The notes beneath the pieces are model-generated. The model did no database searches, had not been told where the DNA came from, and saw nothing but the letters and a program-made list of their open reading frames with translations. This document shows, one piece after another, positions 1 to 9,351 of a stretch of 41,697 bases of DNA. Both the position numbers and the translations under genes were made by a program. Position 1 is the stretch's first letter, and the number at the start of each line of letters is the position of its first letter. The stretch comes from a virus (Duplodnaviria > Caudoviricetes), in IMG/VR virus record IMGVR_UViG_3300020045_004948, positions 1-41,697 of that record. One strand, 5' to 3'.

Positions 1-163
1 AATTATCTATACTAACTTATATTATGCACGAATGTGTAGATGGTATATAATGAAAAAACTAATATCAGCTTCATTTATAGTATTTCTAAAGATATTTGAA
101 CCGATAAGAAGTAATGGAAGTGTTAAGATTAATGAAAGATTTGATTTAAAGGGTAGAGGATGA
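1..163 (+). CDS. 3' part of the ORF starting at 41345 if the genome is circular (otherwise a 37-aa ORF from 50)
   Basis: Frame open from position 2 to TGA 161-163 and in phase with the terminal ORF. Confidence 0.55.
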   Translation, partial: IIYTNLYYARMCRWYIMKKLISASFIVFLKIFEPIRSNGSVKINERFDLKGRG

Positions 164-312
164 AAAATAGTAGTTATGTATTAATGAGTTTTATTTTAAT
201 TACAATAGTCAATATATTTGAATTAAAAATAAATAGTGATATGATATATCCTTTAATATTAGCTTGTACTTATTGGATAGTTAAAACTTTAGAGGATAAT
301 AAAGGTAATTAA
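160..312 (+). CDS. Small hydrophobic hypothetical protein (50 aa)
   Basis: ATGA overlap with previous stop; stop overlaps terminase small subunit ATG; MKNSSYVLMSFILITIV... Confidence 0.55.
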   Translation: MKNSSYVLMSFILITIVNIFELKINSDMIYPLILACTYWIVKTLEDNKGN

Positions 313-932
313 TGGCAATAGATAAAGAGATATGGAATAAAGCAAGAGCATTATTTGAACAAGGATTATCTCTTAGTCAAATAGAATTAGAAACAAATAT
401 TAATAAAACTTCTATATCAAAACAAGCTAAAAAAGAAAATTGGGAAAAAGCTAAAATTCAACAATTGAAAGCCGATATTAAGGCAATTGATAAAGAAAAA
501 TCAACACTTGATGTAAAAATCAACACTACTGTTGAAAAATTAAGTAAATTAAGTGATTTTGATATAACAATACTAGATGAACAGATACAAGATGAAACTG
601 GAAGAAAATCACTTTTATTCAGTACGGCTAATCTATCATTAATCAGAAAAAATCAAATGCTAACTAAAAACACTAAGCAAGTAGTAGAATATGAAACACA
701 TTACAGCGATGATGGAAAGCCTTTAATGAAAAGTCCTAAAACTATTGAAATAGAATTATCACCATCTGATTATAAGGCTATTGACGAGGGTATTGATAAG
801 AATGCAATAACATTGGAACACGCACCACGACACGCAAATACTAATATTAAAGTGGATAATAATAATCTACAACAAACTAATCTAACAATAGAAGATATAA
901 GCCTAGCTATTGCAAATGGTTTGCCAGATTAA
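312..932 (+). CDS. Terminase small subunit (putative)
   Basis: N-terminal HTH-like segment (WNKARALFEQGLSLSQI...AKKENW); directly upstream of the large subunit. Confidence 0.75.
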   Translation: MAIDKEIWNKARALFEQGLSLSQIELETNINKTSISKQAKKENWEKAKIQQLKADIKAIDKEKSTLDVKINTTVEKLSKLSDFDITILDEQIQDETGRKSLLFSTANLSLIRKNQMLTKNTKQVVEYETHYSDDGKPLMKSPKTIEIELSPSDYKAIDEGIDKNAITLEHAPRHANTNIKVDNNNLQQTNLTIEDISLAIANGLPD

Positions 933-2233
933 TGGAATATCTATCAGAAATAAATAAAAAGCGTTGGTATAAACTAATCGACCACCCAGTACAATTAGAA
1001 CTATTAAATGATGATGTTAGATTTAAAGTAGTTCCTGCAGGTCGTAGAAGTGGAAAAACTGAAAGAGCTAAACGATACATAATCAAACAAGCATTAAAGA
1101 ATCCAAATGAACAATATTTTGTAGCTGCTCCAACAAGAGACCAAGTAAAAAAGATTTATTGGAATGACTTAAAAAAATTAATGCCAGAATCACAAAAAGC
1201 AAAACCACCAAGTGAAACAGAATTAACATTACACTTTAAAAATGGAACAGTAATTATTTTAATTGGATTAGATAAACCAGAGAGAATAGAGGGTACTTTT
1301 TGGAGTGGTGGAATAATAGATGAGATTGCAGATATTAAAGAGGGTGCATGGGAAGCAAACATTTCACCTGCATTAGATACATTTAATCCATCAAGACCAG
1401 ATTATCAAGCGTGGTGTTGGTTAATTGGTGTACCTGATGGTCTTAATCATTATTACGATATGGCAAACTATGCAGAAACAGCAAACGACCCACAGTGGAA
1501 GTTATATCACTGGAAGTCAAGCGAGATATTACCTACTAAGACAATTGAAGCAGCTAAAAGGCGTATGAGTAGAAAGCAATATCTACAAGAGTATGAAGCA
1601 AGTTTCGAAACTGCAACGGGTAGAGCTTATGAAGATTATTCTAAAAGAAATCACACGGATAAAGTTTACGACCCAGATAGACCAATACATTGGTGCCACG
1701 ATTTTAACTATACTCCCATGAGTAGTGCTATTGTTCAAGAGTATGGTGATGTATCTTATGTAGTAGATGAAATAATCCTTGAAAGTGCAGTAGCTAGAAA
1801 TGCAGTAATGGAATTTGTACAAAAATATCAACACGCTAAAATTAAACAAGTGTTTTTATATGGTGATGCAGCAGGAAGAGCAGGGGAGAAACATAGTCAA
1901 GAGTCTAGTTGGTCAGCAATTAAAGATATACTATTTGCTAATAACTGGATAGTGATTGATAAAGTACCTTATTCTAATATGTCAATTATGGACGGGCAAA
2001 ACTCATTAAGAGCAAGAATATTAAATGCAATGGATGAAGTGAACTTTTTTGTTAATCCGTCAATATGTAAATATACAGATAAAGGGCTTTCAACTACACA
2101 ACTCAAAGAGGGTTCATCATTCCAAGAAAAAGATAGTCAATATCAACATATTACAACAGCGTTACGATATTACACTAAAGTAAGATTCCCGTTAGTGCAA
2201 ACTTATTCAACAGCTAAATTAATGGGGATTTAG
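932..2233 (+). CDS. terL: Terminase large subunit
   Basis: Walker A AGRRSGKT, APTRDQ, Walker B IIDE, QEYEASF, nuclease motif HDFN. Confidence 0.95.
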   Translation: MEYLSEINKKRWYKLIDHPVQLELLNDDVRFKVVPAGRRSGKTERAKRYIIKQALKNPNEQYFVAAPTRDQVKKIYWNDLKKLMPESQKAKPPSETELTLHFKNGTVIILIGLDKPERIEGTFWSGGIIDEIADIKEGAWEANISPALDTFNPSRPDYQAWCWLIGVPDGLNHYYDMANYAETANDPQWKLYHWKSSEILPTKTIEAAKRRMSRKQYLQEYEASFETATGRAYEDYSKRNHTDKVYDPDRPIHWCHDFNYTPMSSAIVQEYGDVSYVVDEIILESAVARNAVMEFVQKYQHAKIKQVFLYGDAAGRAGEKHSQESSWSAIKDILFANNWIVIDKVPYSNMSIMDGQNSLRARILNAMDEVNFFVNPSICKYTDKGLSTTQLKEGSSFQEKDSQYQHITTALRYYTKVRFPLVQTYSTAKLMGI

Positions 2234-2265
2234 ATATAATTTGATAAATTAAAAGGGGTTCAAAG

Positions 2266-2475
2266 ATGGAAAAAGATTATGAAAAAGAAATGGAATCTTT
2301 AGGGGCTATATTAGCTGTAAATTGTATAGATAATCAAAATGATATTAATTATATCAATGAAATAAATGAAATAAGTAAAAAAGTACAAGAAGCTTTAAAA
2401 TTAATTCCTGATGTTTTAAAAGAAGATATACAAAATCGTATTAATGAACATAATATAAAAGGGGCTTTGAAATGA
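2266..2475 (+). CDS. Hypothetical protein (inserted accessory gene)
   Basis: Own GATATAAT promoter and AGGGG RBS. Confidence 0.65.
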   Translation: MEKDYEKEMESLGAILAVNCIDNQNDINYINEINEISKKVQEALKLIPDVLKEDIQNRINEHNIKGALK

Positions 2476-2735
2476 AAGTAATGGATAAATATAAAGAAAT
2501 AATATCACTTCAAAATAAGTTTAAAAACATAACAGTAGAATTTTTACTATTTGATGATTTTACTTTTACTAAACAATTTGAAAATGAAGATGAAATTATA
2601 TCTTTTATGGAAAAAGAATATTATATTTTAAAGTGCGAATGTTTGGAAGAAAGCAGAAAAGAGCTTAATAGAAAAATAGATAATCAAAGAAAGCAGTTAT
2701 TTAATTTGAATAAAGCTTATAATAAATTGAAATAG
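2472..2735 (+). CDS. Hypothetical protein
   Basis: ORF with ATGA overlap. Confidence 0.65.
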   Translation: MKVMDKYKEIISLQNKFKNITVEFLLFDDFTFTKQFENEDEIISFMEKEYYILKCECLEESRKELNRKIDNQRKQLFNLNKAYNKLK

Positions 2736-2839
2736 TTACCAATCTACACACTAAAACAAATTTATCTTTGATTTTATGTGAATTGTTTGGAGTTTTGATT
2801 GTTGTATGGTATAGTTAAATAAAAAAAGAGGAAATAAAA

Positions 2840-3037
2840 TTGACTACAGAGCAGCAACTAATTGACAACATAAAAAGTAAAAATAAATGTGGATATTGCA
2901 TTTTTTATAGCAAAAATGGATTTTGCAGTCATATATTGTCTAATGATAAATGTGCGGATAGAGACACTGTGGATGTTTGTAATATAAATCAATATAAATA
3001 TGATGAAAATAAATTTGATTGGTGTAGCTCTTTATAA
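2840..3037 (+). CDS. Cys-rich hypothetical protein
   Basis: GAGG RBS, TTG start, CGYC motif, own promoter (-10 at 2810). Confidence 0.6.
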   Translation: MTTEQQLIDNIKSKNKCGYCIFYSKNGFCSHILSNDKCADRDTVDVCNINQYKYDENKFDWCSSL

Positions 3038-3090
3038 CATTAATTAACCACACCCACAAATAGGATATAATTATCTAAAAAAGGATAACT

Positions 3091-4494
3091 ATGTCCGTAA
3101 ATAAAGTAAGTAACCAACATTTACTATTTCAATCACATTTAGAAGATTGTATCAAAATGCGTACAGTCTTTGAGGGTGACAAAGCTATTAAAAAGAATGC
3201 TGAAACTTATGTCCCTAAAAATAAAGGCGTAGATATTGCAGATTATAACGCTATTATCCAAAGGTCAGTATTCGAGAATTTCACCGAAGCTACTGCAAAA
3301 GGAATATCTGGATTAATCTTTGCAAAAGAGCCTATTATCTCACTTCCTGCATCATTAGAACTACTAATAGACAATATTGATATGGACGATAACACAATCG
3401 TGGACTTATCGCAAAACATAGTTAACGAATTGATGGAAGTTGGTCGATGTGGACTTTTAATTGATGTTCCTAATATTGACACAACTGGAATGACTAAGCC
3501 ACAAACAGACGCTTTAAACATTCGAGCATTTACTAAGCTTTATAAATCAGAAACTATAATCAATTGGAGATATGAGTCTATTAATTCGGTTAATAAGCTT
3601 ACATTGTTAGTATTACATGAAGTTTATGAAGATTGGACGGATGATTTTACAGCTGAATACAAAAACAGATATAGAGTTTATAGACTAATTAATAATGTTT
3701 GTAATGTTGCAGTATATGAAGAAAAAGATAAAACATTTATTGCTACTATGGAATTTAAACCAGTAATGGCTAATAGAAAAACCATCAATTACATTCCATT
3801 TATTCCACTAACTTATAAAGATATTTCAATTATTCCAGTTAAGCCACCTTTGATGGATATTGCAAATATAAATCTTAATTACTATGGTGTAGCAGTTGAA
3901 AGAAGAAATGTTATACACTTTGTTGGTAATCCATTTTTCATGGGAAAAGGTATCAATACAAGAGATGATAAAGGCAATGCTTTAACTATTACTTTAGGTT
4001 CAAGTATCGCACAAATATTCCAAGAGCCTAACGCTGATATGAAAATAGTAGAAACACAAGGAACGGGATTAGCATTTAATGAAAGTTACCTAAACAATTG
4101 TAAATCTACTATGGCTGCACTTGGAGCTAGATTACTAGTTCCAGAAGCTAATGCTCAAATTAGTGAAAACACTATGCAAATGAAAACAGCTGGTTATCGT
4201 GCTACTATTATGCAAATAGCAAACACAGCTTCAAGGGCCATTACTCAGGCTTTAAAGATTATCGCTGAATGGGAAGGACAAAATCCAGATGAAGTTAAAC
4301 TTGAACTTAACACAGACTATAACTTAAGCGAAATGGACGCACAAACAATAACAGCACTTGTTACAGCTTGGCAAACGGGAGCTATTAGACAAGAAGATAT
4401 GTTTAAAAAGCTACAAAAAGGTGAGATTATTGAAAGTGAAATTAGCTTTGATGATTATAAGAGTAATTTAGAGGTTTCGAGTCCGACTTTATAA
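3091..4494 (+). CDS. Portal protein (DUF4055-like)
   Basis: 467 aa after terminase; GRCGLLID, IINWR, KPPLMDIANIN, LGARLL motifs. Confidence 0.88.
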   Translation: MSVNKVSNQHLLFQSHLEDCIKMRTVFEGDKAIKKNAETYVPKNKGVDIADYNAIIQRSVFENFTEATAKGISGLIFAKEPIISLPASLELLIDNIDMDDNTIVDLSQNIVNELMEVGRCGLLIDVPNIDTTGMTKPQTDALNIRAFTKLYKSETIINWRYESINSVNKLTLLVLHEVYEDWTDDFTAEYKNRYRVYRLINNVCNVAVYEEKDKTFIATMEFKPVMANRKTINYIPFIPLTYKDISIIPVKPPLMDIANINLNYYGVAVERRNVIHFVGNPFFMGKGINTRDDKGNALTITLGSSIAQIFQEPNADMKIVETQGTGLAFNESYLNNCKSTMAALGARLLVPEANAQISENTMQMKTAGYRATIMQIANTASRAITQALKIIAEWEGQNPDEVKLELNTDYNLSEMDAQTITALVTAWQTGAIRQEDMFKKLQKGEIIESEISFDDYKSNLEVSSPTL

Positions 4495-4512
4495 GAGGGG
4501 ATTATCCCTCTT
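4493..4512. terminator. Bidirectional terminator hairpin
   Basis: AAGAGGG-GATTAT-CCCTCTT between convergent stops. Confidence 0.75.
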
Positions 4513-4515
4513 TAA

Positions 4516-4887
4516 TTAGACTAATCCTAATTTATTTTCTTGAATAGTATCTATGATTTTAAAATCAGAACAATATATGTCATAAGGTATAATCTCACTA
4601 TTTCTAACTCCATCTATGATTCTAATTTGATAACATAGTCTTTCTTTATTATAAAAGAATATTCCATTATATTTATTCCATAGTTGAGAATTATTAAACT
4701 CAACAATAGAACTATCGGCATAAATATTTTTTCCATTTATATCTTTCAAACCAATATTTCTAAAATATTTACCTTCTTCAACTTCATATACATCCCAAGT
4801 TTCACAAACATCTTTAAGTAATTCTTTTAAAGTAATATTGTCGTCAAACTGTTTTAGTTCATCTGACCAAGTTATATATTCATCCAT
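4516..4887 (-). CDS. YopX-like protein
   Basis: GLKDINGKNIYADSSIV and KIIDTIQEN resemble the YopX signatures; AAGGAG RBS. Confidence 0.65.
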   Translation of the reverse strand: MDEYITWSDELKQFDDNITLKELLKDVCETWDVYEVEEGKYFRNIGLKDINGKNIYADSSIVEFNNSQLWNKYNGIFFYNKERLCYQIRIIDGVRNSEIIPYDIYCSDFKIIDTIQENKLGLV

Positions 4888-5034
4888 TTAAACTCCTTTA
4901 ATTTTTCTTACTCAAACTATACCAAAACCAAATCCACAAATCAACTATTTAGCTATAATATAAATATAAATTTACATAATGTGTAAAAAGGTAACTGATT
5001 AAAAGTGATATAATTAAAATAAAAAAGGATTAAT

Positions 5035-5283
5035 ATGACAGATTTAAATGTAGTATTAACTGGAACAACTCCACAGAATATATTACTTGATACTTCAACA
5101 GCGTTTATAGTGCAAAATCTAAGTGAATTTAGAGATGTTTATTTTAAGATTAAAGATAGTGCAGTTGAGAATGGTGGTAAAATTAAACCTAATCAAACAT
5201 TTAGTTTTGCAAGTGATGTTACTTTGACTTTAGATACAGCAGATGAAGATTCAAAATCTACTTTATATGTAATGAGAAACTGA
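5035..5283 (+). CDS. Small putative virion protein
   Basis: TGATATAAT promoter, AAGGA RBS; beta-strand-rich 82 aa. Confidence 0.6.
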   Translation: MTDLNVVLTGTTPQNILLDTSTAFIVQNLSEFRDVYFKIKDSAVENGGKIKPNQTFSFASDVTLTLDTADEDSKSTLYVMRN

Positions 5284-6512
5284 TGATAACTTCAATGATT
5301 CCTAACCCTGATAATGTTTTTGGGATTTGTTCGGGTGGAGGTGGTAGTACAGTAGCAGATGCTTGGGTAAGACCTACTGAATGGTTAGCTCTACCTGATA
5401 ATGTTGATGGAGTTCAAAAGGTAAGTATTCTAAATGCAGTATTTGATACTGATAGTGAATTAGTAGCCTTCTCTTGTAGTGGTAATTATACAGTAAATTG
5501 GGGTGATGGTGTAGTTGAAAATTTTGTAGGTAGCACAAAAGCAGAGCACAAGTATACTTATAGTGATGTAGATTTAAATATTGATACAGTATCTAAGTTT
5601 GGATATAAGCAATGTATTATTACAATCACACCACAAGTAGGTCATAATATATCAGAAATAAATATGAATATTAACCATTCTAGTATTAGTACAAGTACAG
5701 CTTTTGATATAACTAGTGGATTTTTAGATGTTAGAATAAATGCTTTAAGTTGTTTGAGTATATACATTGGACTTGCAACAAGTTATATTAAACATTCAAT
5801 CATGCAACAATGTTTAATAGGTGAATTAGCTGATACAACACTTAATGAGTTATTCTACGATTGTTATTCACTACAATCAGTATCAATTAAAGATACAAGT
5901 AATGTAACAACATTTGCAAGTATTCATCAAAATAATTATGCACTTAGAAAAATGCCATTATATGATTATACAAGTTGTGCTACACTAGCTAATGCTATAG
6001 ATAGTTGCCATAGTATAAAAGATGCTGGGCATTTTAATACTACTAGTCTATTAACCACAGTATCAGGCATGTGTAGTAATTGTTGGTCATTAGAAAAAGC
6101 ACCTACATTTAGTAATAGTAGTGGAGTTACAAATATAGCTTCAATGCTTAATGTTTGTAAATCTTTAACAAATATACCATCTTATATATTTGGAAATGTA
6201 TCAGGAGTTAATGCAGGTTTAATGTTAAGTCAATCCGATAGTTTACAGATATGTCCTAATATTATAGTAGGTTCAGTATATACAGCAAATAATAACTTTC
6301 TGCAAAACAACTATTCCCTAAAAAGAATGCTAATGCCTCTAAGATTTACTTTCTCAGTAGCTAATGCTAAAATGAGTGCAACAGCACTAAATGAAATGTA
6401 TTCAATACTTCCAACTGTAATAGGACAAACTGTAACAGTAACTGGAAATTATGGAGTAAGTGGAGATAATCCGGCAATTGCGACTGCAAAAGGTTGGACA
6501 GTAACGGGTTAA
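5283..6512 (+). CDS. Fibre/adhesin-like protein with BspA/DUF285-like repeats
   Basis: YTVNWGDG PKD-like motif; repeats of type LFYDCYSLQSV / MCSNCWSLEKAP / TSNVT; C-terminal IATAKGWTV. Confidence 0.7.
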   Translation: MITSMIPNPDNVFGICSGGGGSTVADAWVRPTEWLALPDNVDGVQKVSILNAVFDTDSELVAFSCSGNYTVNWGDGVVENFVGSTKAEHKYTYSDVDLNIDTVSKFGYKQCIITITPQVGHNISEINMNINHSSISTSTAFDITSGFLDVRINALSCLSIYIGLATSYIKHSIMQQCLIGELADTTLNELFYDCYSLQSVSIKDTSNVTTFASIHQNNYALRKMPLYDYTSCATLANAIDSCHSIKDAGHFNTTSLLTTVSGMCSNCWSLEKAPTFSNSSGVTNIASMLNVCKSLTNIPSYIFGNVSGVNAGLMLSQSDSLQICPNIIVGSVYTANNNFLQNNYSLKRMLMPLRFTFSVANAKMSATALNEMYSILPTVIGQTVTVTGNYGVSGDNPAIATAKGWTVTG

Positions 6513-6532
6513 TAAATTAAAAGGATTAAATA

Positions 6533-6712
6533 ATGGCATTTTATAAAAATGATAATGGAGAAATTTTAGAGGGTGAGAATTTTGTTTACACTCCTAATTT
6601 TTCTATGACAAAGGAAACTAAAGATGAGTTTGATTATCCAATTGAGGGTTGGTATTGGTTTGATAGTAAAGATGAAGCGTATTTATTTTTTGGAATAGAA
6701 TTAACAAACTAA
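6533..6712 (+). CDS. Small protein following fibre gene (59 aa, not in ORF track)
   Basis: AAGGA RBS; MAFYKNDNG...YPIEGWYWFDSKDEAY. Confidence 0.75.
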   Translation: MAFYKNDNGEILEGENFVYTPNFSMTKETKDEFDYPIEGWYWFDSKDEAYLFFGIELTN

Positions 6713-6713
6713 T

Positions 6714-7739
6714 ATGCAAAATCTAACAGATGAAATAAAGGACCTACTACTAACTAGAAGCTTACTCTTACAAAGGGTAAGTAATAGTCTAACTAAAGAT
6801 ATTATCAATGCCTATGTATCCGTAATTGATGATATATTAGCTCAAATCGCAACGGGCAAAAACATTAACTTAGTGAATATGAATAAAATCATAAAAGAAC
6901 TTAATGCAAAACTTACTCCTGATTTAACAAGCGTAAACGATGATTTAGTGCAACTTGGAATTAGTGAAGCAAGTTATGTAGCGAATGGGATTAACGGAGC
7001 TATTGGAATTGATTTAGTTAGTAAGCTACCAACGGATAGAACGGTGCAAAAGATAGTTAATACTTCTTTGATGGATGGATTGACGATTAGCGAATGGTTA
7101 GGTAAACAAGATAAAGCGTTTCAAGAAACATTAACTAAACAAATAAGATTAGCTGTGATTGAGGGTGAAACAAATCCACAGATAGTTACTAGGCTAAAGA
7201 GTGCTTTAGATATTAAGAATAACAATAATATTAAGACTATTGTTAGGACTGCTGTTGCGACTGTAACAAGTCAAGTAAGAGAACAAACATATAAAGAAAA
7301 TATTGATATATTTAAGGGTTGGGAATGGAACGCAACTTTAGATTCTAGAACTCGCCCTGCTCACGCTGCCTATGATGGAATGGCTCACGACCTAAACGGA
7401 AAAGGAATAAATGAAAAGGGTAAAAAGTATGCCTTTATTAAAGCCCCGAATGGATGGAATTGCAGATGTATTAGTTTGCCTATAACTAAATCATTTAAAG
7501 AGTTAGGAATCACACTTGATGAAGTTCCAATCGGTACAAGGTCATCTATGGACGGATATGTTTCAAGAGATACAACTTTTGAAAAATGGTTTGAGAGCAA
7601 ATCTAAATCATTTCAAGAGGAGTATTTGGGACAATCAAGATATAAGTTATTTAAAGATGGTGTGATTAATTTTAGTGATTTAGTTAATCAGAACGGTAAG
7701 ACTTTGACGGTTAAGCAATTAAAAGAGAAATATAGTTAA
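6714..7739 (+). CDS. Minor head morphogenesis protein (SPP1 gp7 / Mu F-like)
   Basis: IVRTA, ATLDSRTRPAH, NCRC motifs. Confidence 0.9.
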   Translation: MQNLTDEIKDLLLTRSLLLQRVSNSLTKDIINAYVSVIDDILAQIATGKNINLVNMNKIIKELNAKLTPDLTSVNDDLVQLGISEASYVANGINGAIGIDLVSKLPTDRTVQKIVNTSLMDGLTISEWLGKQDKAFQETLTKQIRLAVIEGETNPQIVTRLKSALDIKNNNNIKTIVRTAVATVTSQVREQTYKENIDIFKGWEWNATLDSRTRPAHAAYDGMAHDLNGKGINEKGKKYAFIKAPNGWNCRCISLPITKSFKELGITLDEVPIGTRSSMDGYVSRDTTFEKWFESKSKSFQEEYLGQSRYKLFKDGVINFSDLVNQNGKTLTVKQLKEKYS

Positions 7740-7755
7740 TATACTTCTCTTAGTT

Positions 7756-7781
7756 TATAAGAGGGGATTAGCCCTCTTATA
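7756..7781. terminator. Bidirectional terminator hairpin
   Basis: TATAAGAGGG-GATTAG-CCCTCTTATA, 10-bp stem at convergent junction. Confidence 0.75.
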
Positions 7782-8598
7782 TTTTACAAAAACAATCTTT
7801 TAGCGGTTCATCTGAAAAATTAAACAAACTCCTTTGATCTAATTTGATAAATTCATTTTCATAATCATTAGTAGTTTTAAAATTAGGAAACCAATATTTA
7901 TTTTTGATCTTATTTCCTTGTAACTCTAATCCATTAAGATGATCTTCTATAATTTTCATATATTGCCAATCTTCATTAAAATATTTCCAAACATTAAACC
8001 AACTTTTTTTGCTTTGAGCTGGGCACATTCTGCAACCAGTCCTATTGAAGTTTTTATAAAGTGGATTTTCCATTTCTTGATCTAGTAAATATTTTTTACA
8101 ATCAAATTCACTCATATTAAAATAATCTATTAACGGGTATATAAATTTATCTTCTTTCATTACTCTATTTTTTTCATCATTCGTATACCCTATATAAATC
8201 TTATGCTCTTTTATATTTAGTTCTTTAATTAGATCATCAAATGCTTTTACTTTGCTTTCTCTTCTCCAATAGCAAGGCTCACTCCAAACCATTGGAATAC
8301 CTCTAATATATCCATCATATAAAGCACCTTTCTTATTTATTTTACCATAGCACCAATCTTCAAATGTACTTTTTGGCTTAGTAACAATTACTTCTTTATT
8401 GTATCTTGATCTAAAGTATTCTTTTAACTTATCAATATAGACATACATAGATTTAAATTCTTGTAAAGTGTCATAAAAAATAATATAATCAACTGGATAA
8501 CCATTTTTTAATAATAGATCAGTTTGTACTGTCGAATCTTTGCCACCACTAAGTGTTGCAATATAAATTATATTTTTTTCTATATTATGCATCTTCAA
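7777..8598 (-). CDS. PAPS reductase-family (PP-loop) protein
   Basis: SGGKDS PP-loop, IGYTNDE, YPL, RTGCRMCP, C-terminal CFC. Confidence 0.88.
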   Translation of the reverse strand: MKMHNIEKNIIYIATLSGGKDSTVQTDLLLKNGYPVDYIIFYDTLQEFKSMYVYIDKLKEYFRSRYNKEVIVTKPKSTFEDWCYGKINKKGALYDGYIRGIPMVWSEPCYWRRESKVKAFDDLIKELNIKEHKIYIGYTNDEKNRVMKEDKFIYPLIDYFNMSEFDCKKYLLDQEMENPLYKNFNRTGCRMCPAQSKKSWFNVWKYFNEDWQYMKIIEDHLNGLELQGNKIKNKYWFPNFKTTNDYENEFIKLDQRSLFNFSDEPLKDCFCKI

Positions 8599-8767
8599 AC
8601 TCCTCTTTTTATTTAACTATACCAAACTAAAACAAAAATTACCAATCATTCCACAAAATAAAAATATAAATTAATCTAACTGTAACAATTAGTTACAAAG
8701 ATTATGATATAATTATCTCAATTATGAGTCTGTGGCTTATAAAAATTATCCTTGTGGGAGCAATATA

Positions 8768-9334
8768 TTGACTTTAGAAGAATTACAAGCCCAAGTTGAA
8801 GAACTAAAAGCAGAAAAAGAAAGTGTCAATTCTAAAAATAAAGAGTTATTAGCTGAATTGAAAACAGCTAGAAACAAAAATAAAGAGATTGATGCAGATG
8901 CTTATTATAAGACACTTGATGAATTGGAAACAATTAAAAGTGAAAATAGTAAGTTATTAGGAACTATCAAGCAAAAAGATATTGAAGTGCAAAAGCTTAG
9001 TACATCATTTCAAGAAGCAAACGGAAAGTTAGAACAATTATCTTATGATGATGCAATAACTAAAGTAGTTGACGGTTTAAAATTAGCTGGAAATAAACAA
9101 GCAATAGCTAAAAAATTGCTAAAAGCTGAGGCAACATTTAAAGATGGAGCATTAAGTTTCGGTGATAAGAGCGTTGATGACTTTGTAAAAGACTGGACTT
9201 CACCAACTGGTGAGGGCTATATGTTTTTAGAAGGTACTCAACATAGTGGTGGTGGTGCAAGTGGTGGTGGAAATCCTCCTCCAAACGACCAACCAAAAAC
9301 AAGAACAGAAGCTTACGCTGAAATGTTCAAATAA
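8768..9334 (+). CDS. Head scaffolding protein
   Basis: Coiled-coil protein with C-terminal GGGASGGG before capsid; likely start TTG 8768 after GGAG, not 8732. Confidence 0.8.
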   Translation: MTLEELQAQVEELKAEKESVNSKNKELLAELKTARNKNKEIDADAYYKTLDELETIKSENSKLLGTIKQKDIEVQKLSTSFQEANGKLEQLSYDDAITKVVDGLKLAGNKQAIAKKLLKAEATFKDGALSFGDKSVDDFVKDWTSPTGEGYMFLEGTQHSGGGASGGGNPPPNDQPKTRTEAYAEMFK

Positions 9335-9351
9335 AATAAAAAGGTACTAAA

